This document shows positions 50,701-62,984 of a stretch of 64,000 nucleotides of DNA, one piece after another. Source of the stretch: Octopus sinensis (taxonomy: Eukaryota). Made by a program: the position numbers and the translations under genes. The DNA is taken from contig NC_043001.1 in assembly GCF_006345805.1 (NCBI RefSeq), forward strand, positions 25,606,001 to 25,670,000. The letters run 5' to 3'. Position 1 is the stretch's first letter. Every line of letters begins with the position of its first letter. The notes beneath the pieces were generated by a model, which was given only the letters and a program-made list of their open reading frames with translations, did not search any database and had not been told where the DNA came from.

Positions 50701-53264
50701 TTTGTGAAGTAAATACTGGGTACTGTTGTGGGTTTAGTTTTTATACAGGGAGACTAATGTTAGCATGGCTTAGAGTATGATGTGGTCTAGAAGTTATTGT
50801 TTGAAGCGATCAATGCGGAAACAAACTTGCGCAGAATGTAAACAAACACAAAATGGGGGTTCAAATTTCGGAAAATTTGTGGAGCAAATACTGGGTACTG
50901 CGTGGATTTAGTTTTTATACAGGGAAAATAATGTTAGTCAGCATGGCCTAGGGAACGATGTCTGGAATTTATCACTTCCATACCATAACCAGGGCTGTAT
51001 ATTAATTTTTGACCGATTTCTTTAGTTCGGTCAAACTTGCGGTGGATTCCAGTATTTCACTTTATTCCACCTGGTGCACCAGTTGTGCAAATTCAACTGA
51101 TGATATAGTGATGTGCACAATTCTTCTTTATCAAAATTTTGTTGCATACCCATTTGAATATTAGCTGATGATTCATTTTCTATGGTGATGTTTAAACAAA
51201 ATTTTAGTATTTTTACCTTTTGCTCAATTTACCTGGATTTACCTGTAATTAAAGTCATTTTGAGACAAAAGTTATGAAATAGAATTAAGAACCCTTTCTT
51301 TAATTATGTTCCAAATATCACATTAATATGTTGATAAGTAAAAGGGTTAGTTATTTAACCCTTTAGTGTTCAGATTACTCTGTTAAATGTAATACTTTTT
51401 CACTCATTGTTTTGAATTAATCGTGCATTACCTCATAGCTTTGAGGTTTCAATGATGTGATTGTATAGTTTTTGAATGTCAATGTAGGTTAGGTTTGAGG
51501 GGCTAGATACTCCCAGTTAGATTATAAAACATAGAATATTTGGGCCAGGTATGGCCAGTTTAAACACTAAAGGGTTAATGAAACCAGCCTAGATTCATGA
51601 TTATTTTAGAATTTAATTGAAACTCATGAGGTGTATTTTGGTCAGAATTATAGTAACGAAAGTGTTAATGCTAATAACTCATTTTCTATGCTGCTGCTTA
51701 ATAATTTATCTCTAATGAGATTTGCCTGGTGTCAAATTGAGGAACAGATTTTTTAAATTCACTTTAATTCACTTATGATAAATAAAGAAGTTGTTTTTAT
51801 TAATCCACTCTAATGTGTATTTGTTTTGTTTTCAGCTTTGCATATATTGAGTTTGAGAGTTCCGATAGTGTAAAGGATGCAGTCGAAAACAAACAGGGTA
51901 TTGAGGTTGGAGACCGACAACTGTACTTGGATTATGCAGGCAGTTCTAGTAGATCTGATTCACAACCAAGAGGAAGAGGAGGCTACAGAGATGGTAATTT
52001 TTTTGAGATAATCATTTCAATTGTAATGAAATAACATTACATTGGTGTGTTTATTAAGTTTTTGCCTATTTTTATTCAAGATGAACCAGAAGAATCCAGT
52101 GTACTTTTAGTAAGAAATCTGTCCTATGATTCAACAGAAAGCTCATTAAGGTCATATTTCAAGGATGCTACTGATGTACGATTACCAACACATCCAGATT
52201 CTGGAAAGCCAAAAGGGTGTGTAATGACAACTTGTTCACTTTTTGCATTGTGTTGTATTGAATTTGATAGATTTTATTGCATGTGTTCTTAGCTGTTTTT
52301 AAAAATGGAACTTTTTTTTTTTGTTTTAGAATTGCCTTCATAGAATTTGAGTCTATTCCAAAAGCAAAGAGTGCTCTGAATAAAATGGATGGTAGTAATG
52401 TTGATGGCAGGTCTGTTCGGTGCTGTTATGCAAGAAGCAGAAGTGATGGTGATGGAAGAAGTGGAGGTACAGTAACTTTTCCTTCTGTTACTGAAGACAG
52501 GTGTGGTTGGGGTTAGCTTAAGAGCTTAGGCAGTAGACTTATTGGAAATATTTTAGAAAAGTAGATCGTGATGTATTGAGTGGCATTGACTTTTTTTTCT
52601 TGTTTGCTAAATCAGATTGTAGTGGTCTACAATTTCTTATAGTAACTTCGTTATCTCTAGCTATTTTGTTGACTATTGACCAGTTAGCATTTAATAAAGC
52701 CATATTTGGGCCAAAATATTGTACTTGTTTTGTGTGCAAACCTGTCAGATTCAACCTCTGGTACCTCGTGCTCTGATGTCATTCTGAAACTTACCAATTA
52801 CATCAGAATCTTAAAAGCTAGGAAGTATGACCCGATTCGTTCATAGTAAGCATTGCATTTAACAATATGCTGAATGCTAAAGAGTTAATGGTTGATTTTG
52901 TAAGTTCTTGGTCAGCGATTTTTCTTGACAATTTTTATACAAAACAATAAATTTCCTTTCCAGGTTTTGGTGGAAGGCGTGGAGGAGGTTTTGGTGGTGG
53001 ACGTGGAGGAGGTTATGGTGGCGGCCGTGGACGTGGAGGGTTTGGTGGTGGACGTGGTCGTGGTGGAGGTTATGGTGGCGGCCGTGGAGGTGGAGGTTAC
53101 GGTGGTGGACGAAGCAGTTTTGGTGGTATGTATAGCATTTTCTATTTTGTGTTTTTAAATTTCAAGTTTAAAATGGAATATTCATTTTTGCTGTTGTCTA
53201 AACGTTTTTTTTTTATTCTTCTCCAGGAACAGGAAGGAAAAAGACTTTCAGTGATAGCGATTGA
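40164..53264 (+). CDS. NCL: Nucleolin-like protein, complete spliced CDS (acidic/basic N-terminus, 3 RRMs, RGG/GAR tail)
   Basis: 14 exons: 40164-40190, 46159-46245, 47039-47087, 47611-47916, 48003-48047, 48619-48693, 49644-49761, 49871-50004, 50111-50246, 51836-51993, 52081-52216, 52330-52466, 52964-53125, 53227-53264. All introns are GT-AG with matching phases. RNP1 motifs AFAHIDL, KGFAYIEF, KGIAFIEF; C-terminus GTGRKKTFSDSD*. Confidence 0.93.
40841..41234. repeat. ~197-bp tandem duplication in nucleolin intron 1
   Basis: tatctccgtatttatagcc...aaattcttaatcaa present twice (40841-41030, 41038-41234). Confidence 0.88.
42221..42575 (-). mobile_element. tRNA-derived SINE (family 1)
   Basis: Colinear with 817-1232. 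Confidence 0.8.
44483..44986 (+). mobile_element. Non-autonomous hAT (Charlie/SPIN-like) element
   Basis: TIRs aaggggtcaccaaact / agtttggtgatcctg; 8-bp TSD ctctagtc/cactagtc; internal remnant of hAT C-terminus (FGTSY..., RLTDEHLKAF). Confidence 0.75.
46159..46245 (+). CDS. NCL: Nucleolin exon 2 (AAKKTAPPKPVEPEESSEESSAESEEMEV)
   Basis: ttttag| acceptor, |gtgag donor. Confidence 0.88.
47039..47087 (+). CDS. NCL: Nucleolin exon 3
   Basis: ttttag| acceptor, |gtaag donor; ETPVVTKKQSKDKGAA. Confidence 0.85.
47611..47916 (+). CDS. NCL: Nucleolin exon 4 (acidic/serine and lysine-rich tracts)
   Basis: ORF 47589-47948 with E/D/S and K blocks; splice sites in phase 1. Confidence 0.92.
48003..48047 (+). 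CDS. NCL: Nucleolin exon 5
   Basis: tatag| acceptor, |gtaag donor; ESEESPKPKLNGKAD. Confidence 0.85.
48619..48693 (+). CDS. NCL: Nucleolin exon 6 (bipartite NLS-like KKRK...KKAK)
   Basis: caacag| acceptor, |gtaag donor. Confidence 0.9.
49644..49761 (+). CDS. NCL: Nucleolin exon 7 (RRM1 N-half)
   Basis: VTVMCRNLP RNP2-like motif; splice sites. Confidence 0.92.
49871..50004 (+). CDS. NCL: Nucleolin exon 8 (RRM1 C-half)
   Basis: FAHIDL RNP1-like motif; splice sites. Confidence 0.92.
50111..50246 (+). CDS. NCL: Nucleolin exon 9 (RRM2 N-half)
   Basis: TLFLKNLPY; splice sites. Confidence 0.93.
50477..51664 (+). mobile_element. piggyBac-like non-autonomous element (TTAA-flanked) carrying a nested MITE
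   Basis: ttaa-ccctttcgttacc ... gtaacgaaagtg-ttaa; homologous to 54328-55304. Confidence 0.7.
51359..51574. mobile_element. TTAA-targeting MITE
   Basis: Perfect 12-bp TIR ccctttagtgtt/aacactaaaggg with TTAA TSD; the empty site is visible in the sister element near 55220. Confidence 0.8.
51836..51993 (+). CDS. NCL: Nucleolin exon 10 (RRM2 C-half)
   Basis: GFAYIEF...GRQ-type LYLDYAG; splice sites. Confidence 0.93.
52081..52216 (+). CDS. NCL: Nucleolin exon 11 (RRM3 N-half)
   Basis: VLLVRNLSYDSTE; splice sites. Confidence 0.93.
52330..52466 (+). CDS. NCL: Nucleolin exon 12 (RRM3 C-half)
   Basis: GIAFIEF...DGRSVRCCYA; splice sites. Confidence 0.93.
52964..53125 (+). CDS. NCL: Nucleolin exon 13 (GAR/RGG domain, ~54 aa)
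   Basis: FGGRRGGGFGGGRGGGYGGGRGRGG...; splice sites. Confidence 0.93.
53227..53264 (+). CDS. NCL: Nucleolin terminal coding exon (GTGRKKTFSDSD*)
   Basis: ctccag| acceptor, phase 1, TGA stop; resembles nucleolin C-terminal KKTxF motif. Confidence 0.9.
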
Positions 53265-54327
53265 TGAGATTTAGCAGTTTGGACAATAAAGCTGTGCCTT
53301 CCATTCTCAATGGATAATAGCTGATCATGCCACTTTGTTTTATATTCAAACACATTCAATGACTGCAGATAAAATCACTGTAATTCCAGTTTTAATATTT
53401 GTGGTCTTCCTTGTACATAGCCATAACTTTTTAAGCCACTGATGTATGCTGACTTACTGCCATTAAAGTTATAAAAATATTTGTCTTGTTTGTCAATTAC
53501 TTTCAAGTATCTTCCAATAATTGTTGATATCTGACTACAGACAGTTTTGCATTGTTTTTGGAACTGATTGCTTTCCTTCAGGTAGTTCTGTTATTCATTT
53601 TACAGTGAAGGTTATTGCTCTGGTTTTGATTTCAGCCTGTTAGCAGAAGTCTGTTGGGTTGCCACAGAATGCTTTTTTTAGTTCGTAGACTTTGTGTTAT
53701 TAAGAAAACTGCCTCTTATTTGAGATCCGAGTGGGGTTATGTGTTATTAAATTGCTTAGATTTTCACTTGGGAAAACATGTTCAGCTTAGTAACTGGTCA
53801 ATGGATATCTCTGGATCCTGTCTTACGAATAAAAATGATTTCACATTGTTGCTACTACATGTTGCATCAGTATTATAGATGTTTAAGACTGAAAGTTTTC
53901 GTTATCTTAAATATACATTTGACATAAAGGGGGGAGGTGAGAAGGTTACCAGGGTCATTAATCTTTAATAAGAGTTCTTAGAACCAATTGTTTTAGTTGT
54001 TCTTCCATTGCTATACAGGTAAACAAATCTTTGGTACATAAGGACTTGGGAGAACTTTAACCATGGGCAAATTACTCCATAGCAATAGGCTTTGTGCTGG
54101 CATTGGGAATAGGTCCTTTCAGTAGTAGATATCCTGGCAAGCTGGATAGCTTGCTAGTAACCGTCTTTCAAATGCTTAGACTAGAAAAAGTGACTTTACA
54201 GAGAGGACCATTTCTCCAACAGTTGAATGCATTCCCACTTAGAATTTAAATGCTTCATTCATCTTAGGGAGGAACTTACTCCAAGACATTGTCTCATAAA
54301 AGGTTCGGTATCTACAGTATTCCTTAA

Positions 54328-55304
54328 CCCTTTCGTTACCAAGCTGCCCGAAAAAATTTTGATTAATGTGACCAAACCTGCCCGTATTTACCTATTCATA
54401 TTTAAATGAGAATATCGGCAAATCTCTTTGGTGCATTCGTGAAAACAAGTGATTATATTTCATAAACAGTTCATCTACAGTTTTGTACAACGATCGAAGT
54501 GTAATTTTAATTCTGTGGATTTTGGGGGATTTTTTTCCGAAATTTGTTCCTATTGTTTTCAAAATTTGTAATTCTGACAAAAGATGGATATGAATTTCAT
54601 TATATCAAGCAGCGAGTCAGAATTCGAAGGACTTTCTACTGAAGACCTTGTTAAATCTGTCTACGACTGAAAAAAAAAAAGCATGTGGTATTTGATAGTG
54701 AATCTGATGTTTCATTTTCCAAAGTGAAAACTGAATCTGACAGCGATAGAGAAATGAATTGGCACCTGGATGGAGTGAAATTTTAAAACCTGTTTTTTTC
54801 TGAAGAAACTGGACCAAACCACAGACTTTCCCAGGAGAGTAAAGCCTTAGACTATTTCTTTTTACTTTTTCGAATGAGCCTATTTAAAATCATTACGGCG
54901 GAAACGAACCGTTACGCTGAATGTAAACAAAGCAAAAGAATGGATAGTTAGTGGTTTCCCACGACCTTAAATGAAATAAATATGGGTATCAGAAAGTTAC
55001 CCAGAATAACAAATTCTATAGTAAAATTTTGTTGTATACCCAATTGAATATTAGCTAATAACCCATTTTCTATAGCGATGTTTGAACAAAATTTTAATAA
55101 TTTTATATTTTGTTGAATCTACCTGCAATTAGTCGCTTTGTGACAAAAATTATAGTATAGAATATTTCATTAAATTATCTTCCAAAAATCAGATTAATAT
55201 ATTGATAAATAAAAAAGTTATAGTTGTTTAATGAAACCAGACTAAATTTAGAAATTAATTGAAACACATGAGGGGTGTATTTTGGTCAGAAATATAGTAA
55301 AGGG
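54328..55304 (+). mobile_element. piggyBac-like non-autonomous element
   Basis: ttaa-ccctttcgttacc ... gtaaaggg-ttaa; shares long blocks with 50477-51664. Confidence 0.7.
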
Positions 55305-56849
55305 TTAATAGGACCTGGTTTCAGGTCACAGTTCACTATGTACAAGCTATTCTGTTTGTACTGGCTCAGACATACTGTGGATAACCATTATTTACTTCCT
55401 GACTACGTTGATTTGGGTTCAGTATCTAGAAATTTGTGGGTTTGGTTGACAAGCCTGTTATGTATCTGAGTAAACTTGCATTCTCCCCATCATCTGCTTG
55501 CTGGTTACAAACAGTGGCCTTGCTATTTATGCAGATGGTGTCATTCTGTTCTACCACAAAAGTGCAACTACATTATCATTGTTTAACATCTTGCCATGCT
55601 AGCATGGGTTGGACGATTGGACTGGCGAACCAGATGGCTGCACCAGGCTCAAATCTGGCAGTTTCTACAGCTGGATGTCCTTCCTAATGGCAACCACTGG
55701 CACGAGGGCCAGTCAGGCGGTGCTGGTAACAGCCATGCTCAATTGGCACAGGCAATGACACCTCAGTTGAATGTTTTTTCAAGTGCCAGTAGAGCAACGC
55801 TAGTAACAGTCATGCTCGAATGGTACTTTTTACATGCCGCTGGCATGGAAGCCGGCTGCTCTGGCATCGAACACACTTTTGGATGGTGCTCATAGCGCTC
55901 CACTAGCACGGATACCAGTCATCAAATACTGCGCTGTCTTAGGCAAGTTTCCTTCGACTGATACAATTTTCTACATAGCCATGTTTTTGCTGTTTTGATA
56001 GATTGGCATCTGGTGGTTGAAAAAGTGCCAGCATATTTTCATGATCTGTACCCTCATGGAAGAGTAGACATTAAAGTTATGATTTGCTGCCAATGGATTG
56101 ATACAACTGCTTAGTTAGGATATGGTCTACAGTGATCATGGACAGTTCCACTAGTATGATTTGGTTGTACCTTTTCTCTGACATTCGTAGCTAGAGGTAT
56201 TTTCTTCACTTTTCGGCTCGCATTTAAAATGAAAGGATTTTACATGCCTGGATGTCCACATGTATAGACGTGGACTCACTTATACACACTTATAAATTGA
56301 GCATTCCACCCTTAGAAGGATGCTGTTTGTCCTAGGTCTGTTCATGTGCACTGAACTGTTTTCAGATTATATGGCTTTTAGAAGTAGCACTGAAATAGAA
56401 GCCCTTTTATTTTTGCACCAGCCAAGTGAAAGAGAATTTTTGTTTTTGTACAAAGTACCAAATGGCATAGTTTATGGGGAATCCTTTTGTCCTCATTATC
56501 ATGAAAGTCTATTTTCTACACTAGTGACCCTAACGTGGTGTGGCAGCAAGTAACACCTTAATATTTTAAGTTTTACCGTTAGATAGCATTGAATTCAAAA
56601 TATTTTCTCCCAGCGGAGCTTTTTTTCTTCTAACTACTATAATGTTCCCCTGACATTATATGGCAGTTGTAGAACTACAGTGGCACTGTTATTACAAATG
56701 CTAAAGACAACTCAGCCACTGCTATGCAATATTTACAACAGTTGTTTACATCCTGAAAATCCTTATTTGTACACAGATTTTTTTTTTTTTTTTGCCATTT
56801 AAATAAATTCTTTGAATACTCTCTGAAAAGCTGCTGGTTGTGGAATCTG

Positions 56850-58850
56850 CCTTATGTGGTCTATCAGAAGGACCAGCTATCCAATTTGATAAGGCAATGA
56901 AGACTGGGGAAGGACCACTGCCTTTCAGAATTCATCACAGATGCTTAGGATATGTGGCAGTGATTATATGGCCTAGCCACCTGTACAGTTAATCATATCC
57001 ATATCCAATGACTAGCAGTATTTATAGTCAATTGCTACAAATGTAAAAGTGATGCCCAAGTTAATTTTAGAGGTGCCAATACAAACTGAGAGACTAGGCT
57101 GTTATAGTTCGACTTAAAGCCTTGATGAGATGCAATTTGGTTTTGTATCCAGGGAGAAGCACCTGATGCTATCATCCTGGTAAAGCAGCTGCAGAAATAT
57201 TTAGCCAAGAATAAACCTGAACTTGGCTTTTGACATGGAGGAAAGCCTTTGACACAAATTCCCTGCTCCCTCATCTGGTGGTCAATGCAGAAGCAAGGGA
57301 TGAGTGGTTGGTGAGAGCTGTTCGGGTAATGCTGTCAGTAAGTTGGTGGTTGGCAATGAATTCAGTGTACGGGTAGTTTACTAAGAATCAATTCTTATCC
57401 CCTTCTTGTTCATCAAAGTCCTCCAAGAGATAACAGTCTGCCCATGGGAGCTCTTGTTCTTACAGCTAAGACACTATTCTAAAGTAGAGGAAATTTCAGG
57501 TTTGGAATCTAAAGACCTTAGAGTTAACTTAGCAAAGACAAGTAGGAAACACAATTCCCATAAGGTAGATAGCCCTGCTTGATATGGAGGAAAGGTGTTG
57601 GCAGAAATTCCAAATGATGTAGCCAGTGCAAGCTATGCGTGCTTTAGTATCACAAGAAGTAGTCTTTGTGTATGGCAGATGTGCAGGTACAGTAAAAAAA
57701 CTAAGAATCACCAATATCAGAAGGAACCCTTAGAAGTACTAGATGGCTTCTGTTACCTTGAGTATTAGCATTAAAGTAGGTATTCTGAAAGTATAGTTGC
57801 TAGTATGAGAACAAGCTGGGCAAAAGGCCTCCTTCAGAGTGAAAAGCAGATTGTATAATGCCTGTATACATTACAACAATGCTACATGGATTACGACCAC
57901 AGAGGATCTGCAAAGGTTTGAGAGAAATGAAGCCACTTACATTACCTGTTCAGTTCCAGTTTAACCCACTCTCATTACTGTATTTATTTTGAGATGCTCT
58001 GTGTTTCTTTCAATTACTCTAAATATAACAAAGAATTTAGTAAAATAACTTCGTTATCATTAAGCTGGTGTTAGGAACATAAATTGTGACTAAGATTTGG
58101 TGGAAGATTTTAATTCAAAACTTATGAAAACAAGACATTTGTACTACAGAGCCAGGGCCGGTTTCAGCCGGGTTGGTAATGAAAGGGTTAAGGCAGCGAG
58201 CTGGTAGAAACGTTAGCATGCCGGGCAAAATATTTCGTCTGCCGTTACGTTGTGAGTTGAACTTTGCCTTTCATCCTTTCAGGGTCGATAAATTAAGTAC
58301 CAGTTATGCACTGGGGTCGATGTAATCGACTTAATACCTATGTCTGTCCCCTCTGTGTTTACCCCCTTGTGGGTAATAAAGAAATAGGTAGTGTAAGTGT
58401 GCACGTACAACAGAGTAGATGAGAAAAGTAGCATTCAGGAGAGAAAATTGCTGGTATGTATGGATGAGGACAGCTACATTAAGAAGTGTCCAACTTTAAT
58501 TGTGGAGAGAATGTATGGAAGGGGTAGAAACATGGAATGAAGTGGTGAGAAAGGATCCTTAGACATTCTGCCTCACTGGGGAGATGACAAGAGACTGAGA
58601 CTCCTGGCAATTTGCTGTGCTTGAGGAAGAGTGTCAAACTAAGTAAAACTTTGGCTTTCCATACACATAGGTATGTCCTTTACAGCTATGCCCCTCTCTC
58701 AGTCAATGCTGTAAAGTGGTCGATGTTTAGCTGTAGAAACCATGCCAAAACTGATAATTGGGGCTTGGTGTATCTCTCTGGCTTGTCAGCTCCTGTTATA
58801 CCGTCTGACCCAGGGCAGGTTGGAAATGGACGTTAAATGATGATGTTAAA
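56850..58850 (+). mobile_element. Highly degraded RTE ORF2 region interrupted by a MITE and a SINE
   Basis: RT remnants MQFGF, DAIILVKQLQ, EKAFD-like, LIWWSMQ; 3' UTR tail near 58700-58845. Confidence 0.65.
57965..58187. mobile_element. TTAA-flanked MITE inside an old RTE
   Basis: ttaa-ccc ... ggtaatgaaaggg-ttaa. Confidence 0.55.
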
Positions 58851-59860
58851 AATAAATATCTATTTTCTAACACTGAGATTTACATTTTCACAAATTTTTG
58901 ATCGAAATGAGAGCTCTGGAACATAGTCCCTAAAGTAATCCACATTCTATTGAAGTCTTTGAAAGTTTTTCTCTAATGGTCTTAATTCTAACTTAAAAGT
59001 GTAAATCTTATCTTTATTTAAACCTGCTTTACAAAGACTATTAAAATAACAGGCACATCAATAAACCACCAACTTCAAAATTAACATCAGCAACATTCTT
59101 ATAATCACTTTTTCCTGCGTGCAAAATAGTCCTGTCACAACAGTGTCTGCTGAGCAAGTCGTCCTCAAAGTTTTACAAACCCCATCTTCCATTCATTACA
59201 AATCCTTTTAAAACTTTAAAAAATGCATGATAGCACTTCCAATCACATGGTTTTGAATTCAGGTCCACAGCATCGCACCTTCAGCAAATGTCTTGAGCTT
59301 GGGATGACCAAAGCCTTCCAAGTGGATTTGGTTACAGAAACTGAAACTGTTGTGTGAATGTGTGTATATTGTCTTGACATTATGTGGGAGGCATGCACCA
59401 TCTGTTGGTATATTTCTGAGGCCTTTTGCGCAACCTGCACAGCAGAGTCCAGTCAGTCCCCGTACTCTTGAAATACCTTACCTGTCATGACCATACGGCT
59501 GACCAACACAAGTTATCAACCCAGCTGGACCTTCCATGAAGAGAACACAATAAGCAGGATAACCTTGTAAATAAGTGTCTGTCATTCATCTCCAATATTC
59601 TGCACATACATGTCTGGCAATGGGAAAATGTTGCCTGGCTTGAAAACAGGTGAAGGTTGACAACAGGAAGGACATCCAGCTGTAGAAAAGCTGCAAGCAT
59701 GGAAAAGTGGACAATAATGTTTAAATTTCCAGTCATATACAACCAGGTGAAGAAGACAAACATTTAGTATCCACTTCTGTGAGTAAATCAATATTTTTCA
59801 CTCTTAAGAATCACAGTATTCAACTTTTCTATCATTGTCATCATGATATTAAATATTTTC

Positions 59861-59980
59861 ACTTACGGCCATATCACGTTGAAAGCACCGGTTCTCGTCC
59901 GATCACCTAAGTTAAGCAACATTGAGCCTAATTAGTACTTAGATGGGTGATTGCTTGAGAAACCTAGGTGCTGTAAGCGT
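59861..59980 (+). pseudogene. Orphan full-length 5S rRNA copy, probably a pseudogene
   Basis: 120 nt acttacggccatatcacgttgaaagcaccggttctcgtccgatcac...ggtgctgtaagcgt matches the 5S consensus. It has several transitions in the internal control region and no oligo-T terminator. Confidence 0.88.
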
Positions 59981-59994
59981 CACGCAATCTATAG

Positions 59995-60350
59995 GTGCAG
60001 GAGTGGATGTGTGGTAAATAGCTTGCTTACCAACCACATGGTTCTGGGTGCAGTCCCACTGCGTGGCACCTTGGGGAAGTGTCTTCTACTATAGCCTCGG
60101 GCCGACCAAAGCCTTGTGAGTGGATTTGGTAGACGGAAACTGTAAGAAGCCCGTCGTATATATGTGTGTTTGTCCCCCCAACATCGCTTGACATCTGATA
60201 CGGGTGTGTTTATGTCCCTGTAACTTAGTGGTTCGGCAAAAGAGACCAATAGAATAAGTACAAAGAAGAAGTCCTGGGGTCAATTTGCTCGACTAAAGGA
60301 GGTGCTCCAGCATGGCTGCAGTCAAATGAGGGAAACAAATAACGAGTAAA
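59995..60350 (+). mobile_element. tRNA-derived SINE (family 1), directly after the 5S copy
   Basis: Full head, body and tail. Confidence 0.82.
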
Positions 60351-60556
60351 AACACTTTATATTATATTGTTGACCAACTGACAACTCATACATTTGTTCC
60401 TTTTATGACATTTATTTAACCTGTTAGCATTCAGATTACTTTGTCAAATGTTGACATTGTTTTGAATTAATCAAGCATTATCTTGTAGGTGTGATTGCTT
60501 ATTTTTAGAATGACACTAAGGAGTAGGCATGACGGCTGGATTTGATCAGTTTGTTT

Positions 60557-61036
60557 ACAAGACAGGTAGAGTATCTGGTCATCAAATCTAAGTAGAGACG
60601 TCAAACTTGAAATCTTCAAAGCCACAGTCGAACCAATTCTACTATATGGCTCAGAAACCTGGACGTTATCAAAGAAGCTTGAGAGGCGGTTGGATGGAAC
60701 CTACACTCGCCTCCTTATGAGAGCTCAAAATCTCCCGTGGAAGCGCCATCCAACCAAAATGCAAATATATGGGAAACTACCACCTGTGTCATCTCTTGTG
60801 AAAGGTAGGAGAGTCCAGTTTGCTGGACATTGTTGTAGAGCTGAAAAAGAGGTAATTTCTACTCTCCTCTGGAAGCCATCTACTCGCAAGGCCAGAGGGC
60901 ACACACACTCTCCTACCCTGATGTAATCTCCAGGGAAACAGGCATCCAGCAACAGGACCTCCGTAATGCTATGATGGACCGTGAAGTCTGGCGTAGCATG
61001 GTAAATTCCATTGTCTCGACCACGGTTGAACAATGT
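60557..61036 (+). mobile_element. 3' fragment of a second RTE-clade LINE family
   Basis: KLEIFKATVEPILLYGSETWTLSKKLERRLDGTYTRLL...RRVQFAGH...DREVWR, with (GAT)n tail. Confidence 0.85.
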
Positions 61037-61318
61037 TGATGATGATGGGTTGGACAGTTTGACAGGGACCAACAAGCCAGAAGGTTGTGCCAAGCTCCAA
61101 CAAAATTTTTGGCATGGTTTTCTACAGCTAGATGCTTTTCTTAATACAAACTGCTTTACAGAGGGTACTGAGTGCTTTTTGCACAAATCCTTGTGAAAAT
61201 ATTACAACCCATGATCTGCAGGACCAAACAATGATGATGATGATTTGGGCTGGATATGGCCAGTTTAAATATAAGCATTTTAGAACAAGTAATCTCAGCT
61301 GAAAGGTTAATAAAGATT

Positions 61319-62685
61319 TGTTAAAGACATGTAGAAACTCTATGAGATGCACCAAGTGTAAGCTATGGACACATAAGAGATGCAGCAATGTCAAAGGAAG
61401 GCTAACTAGGAAGATGGTTTTTGTATGTGGCAGATGCTCAGGAACAATAAACACTGAAAATGCTCTGAGACCAACTTCCGTCACTTTCCAGGGAGAAAAA
61501 CTAGAAATAGTTGATAGTTTCCGTTACCTAGGTGACCAAGTCAGCAGCGGGGGCGGGTGTGCTGAAAGTGTAACTGCTAGAGTAAGAATAGCTTGGGCAA
61601 AGTTCAGAGAGCTCTTACCTCTGCTGGTGACAAAAGGCCTCTCGCACAGAGTGAAAGGCAGACTGTATGATGCGTGTGTACGAACAGCCATGCTACATGG
61701 CAGTGAAACATGGGCCGTGACTGCTGAGGATATGCGTAAGCTCGCTAGAAATGAAGCCAGTATGCTCCGATGGATGTGTAATGCCGGTACTCACACTCGG
61801 CAGAGTGTAAGTACCTTGAGAGAAAAGCTGGACCTAAGAAGCATCAGTTGTGGTGTGCAAGAGAGACGTTTGCGCTGGTATGGTCATGTGGCGAGAATGG
61901 ATGAAGATAGTTGTGTGAAAAAGTGCCACACCCTAGCGGTTGAGGGAACCTGTGGAAGAGGCAGACCCAGGAAAACCTGGGACGAGGTGGTGAAGCACAA
62001 CCTTCGAACTTTAGGTCTCACTGAGGAAATGACTAGAGACCGAGACCTCTGGAAGTGTGCTGTGCGCGAGAAGACCCGGCAGGACAAGTGAGTCCACAAC
62101 CCGTGGCCTTCTACATGGGATGGAGCCAGCCTACGTATGCATACCTTCCCTTCTTGGGACACAAAACTCTACTTGTGAAGACGTGTTGAGGCAAGTGAGG
62201 ATCAGAATCGAAATCGATCAATGGAAATTGCGGATGTGCTACCAGTGCCGGTGGCATGTCGAAACTCTGCCTGTGAAGACCCATTGAGGCAAGTGAGGAT
62301 CAGAATCGAAATCGATCAATGGAAATTGCAGATGTGTTACAGTGCCAGTGGCATGTAAGAGAACTTTCTGTTTCGCGACCGTTGCCAGCACCGCCCCGTT
62401 TCGTGTCCGTTGCCAGCCTCGCGTGGCCCTCGTGCCGGTGGCACATAAAAAGCACCATCCGTTCGTGGCCGTTTGCCAGCTCTGTCTGGCACCAGTGCGG
62501 GTGGCACGTAAAAAGCACCCACTACACTCACGGAGTGGTTGGCGTTAGGAAGGGCATCCAGCCGTAGAAACACTGCCAGATTTGACTGGGCCTGATGAAG
62601 CCTTCTGGCTTCCCAGACCCCAGTAGAACCGTCCAACCCATGCTAGCATGGAAAACGGACGCTAAATGATGATGATGATGATGAT
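61319..62685 (+). mobile_element. 5'-truncated RTE (BovB-like) LINE, young copy
   Basis: Intact ORF C-terminus ([28 protein letters not shown]), ~600-bp 3' UTR, (GAT)n tail, TSD gttaataaagatt at 61306-61318 and 62686-62698. Confidence 0.93.
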
Positions 62686-62984
62686 GTTAATAAAGATTAG
62701 TTAGTAACTGCAGAAATTATTTACAGACAACACAATAAGTGAATATTTTGATGTTTTTTAATCAGAGTAAGTGTTTACATACAATATCAGTAGTGCAAAA
62801 ATTCATGGCTATATACAAGTGAAACCACATATGTAAAGAACTGAATAAAAGTGACTTTTCTGCAGTCACTGGATGTGGATGTGGTTGTGATTGAATGTAA
62901 AAAAAAAAAAAAATCAAGACGATATCACCATCTAACACCCAATAACAACGGAAGCCACAGCTGTCTCATCCAAGATGTTAAATC

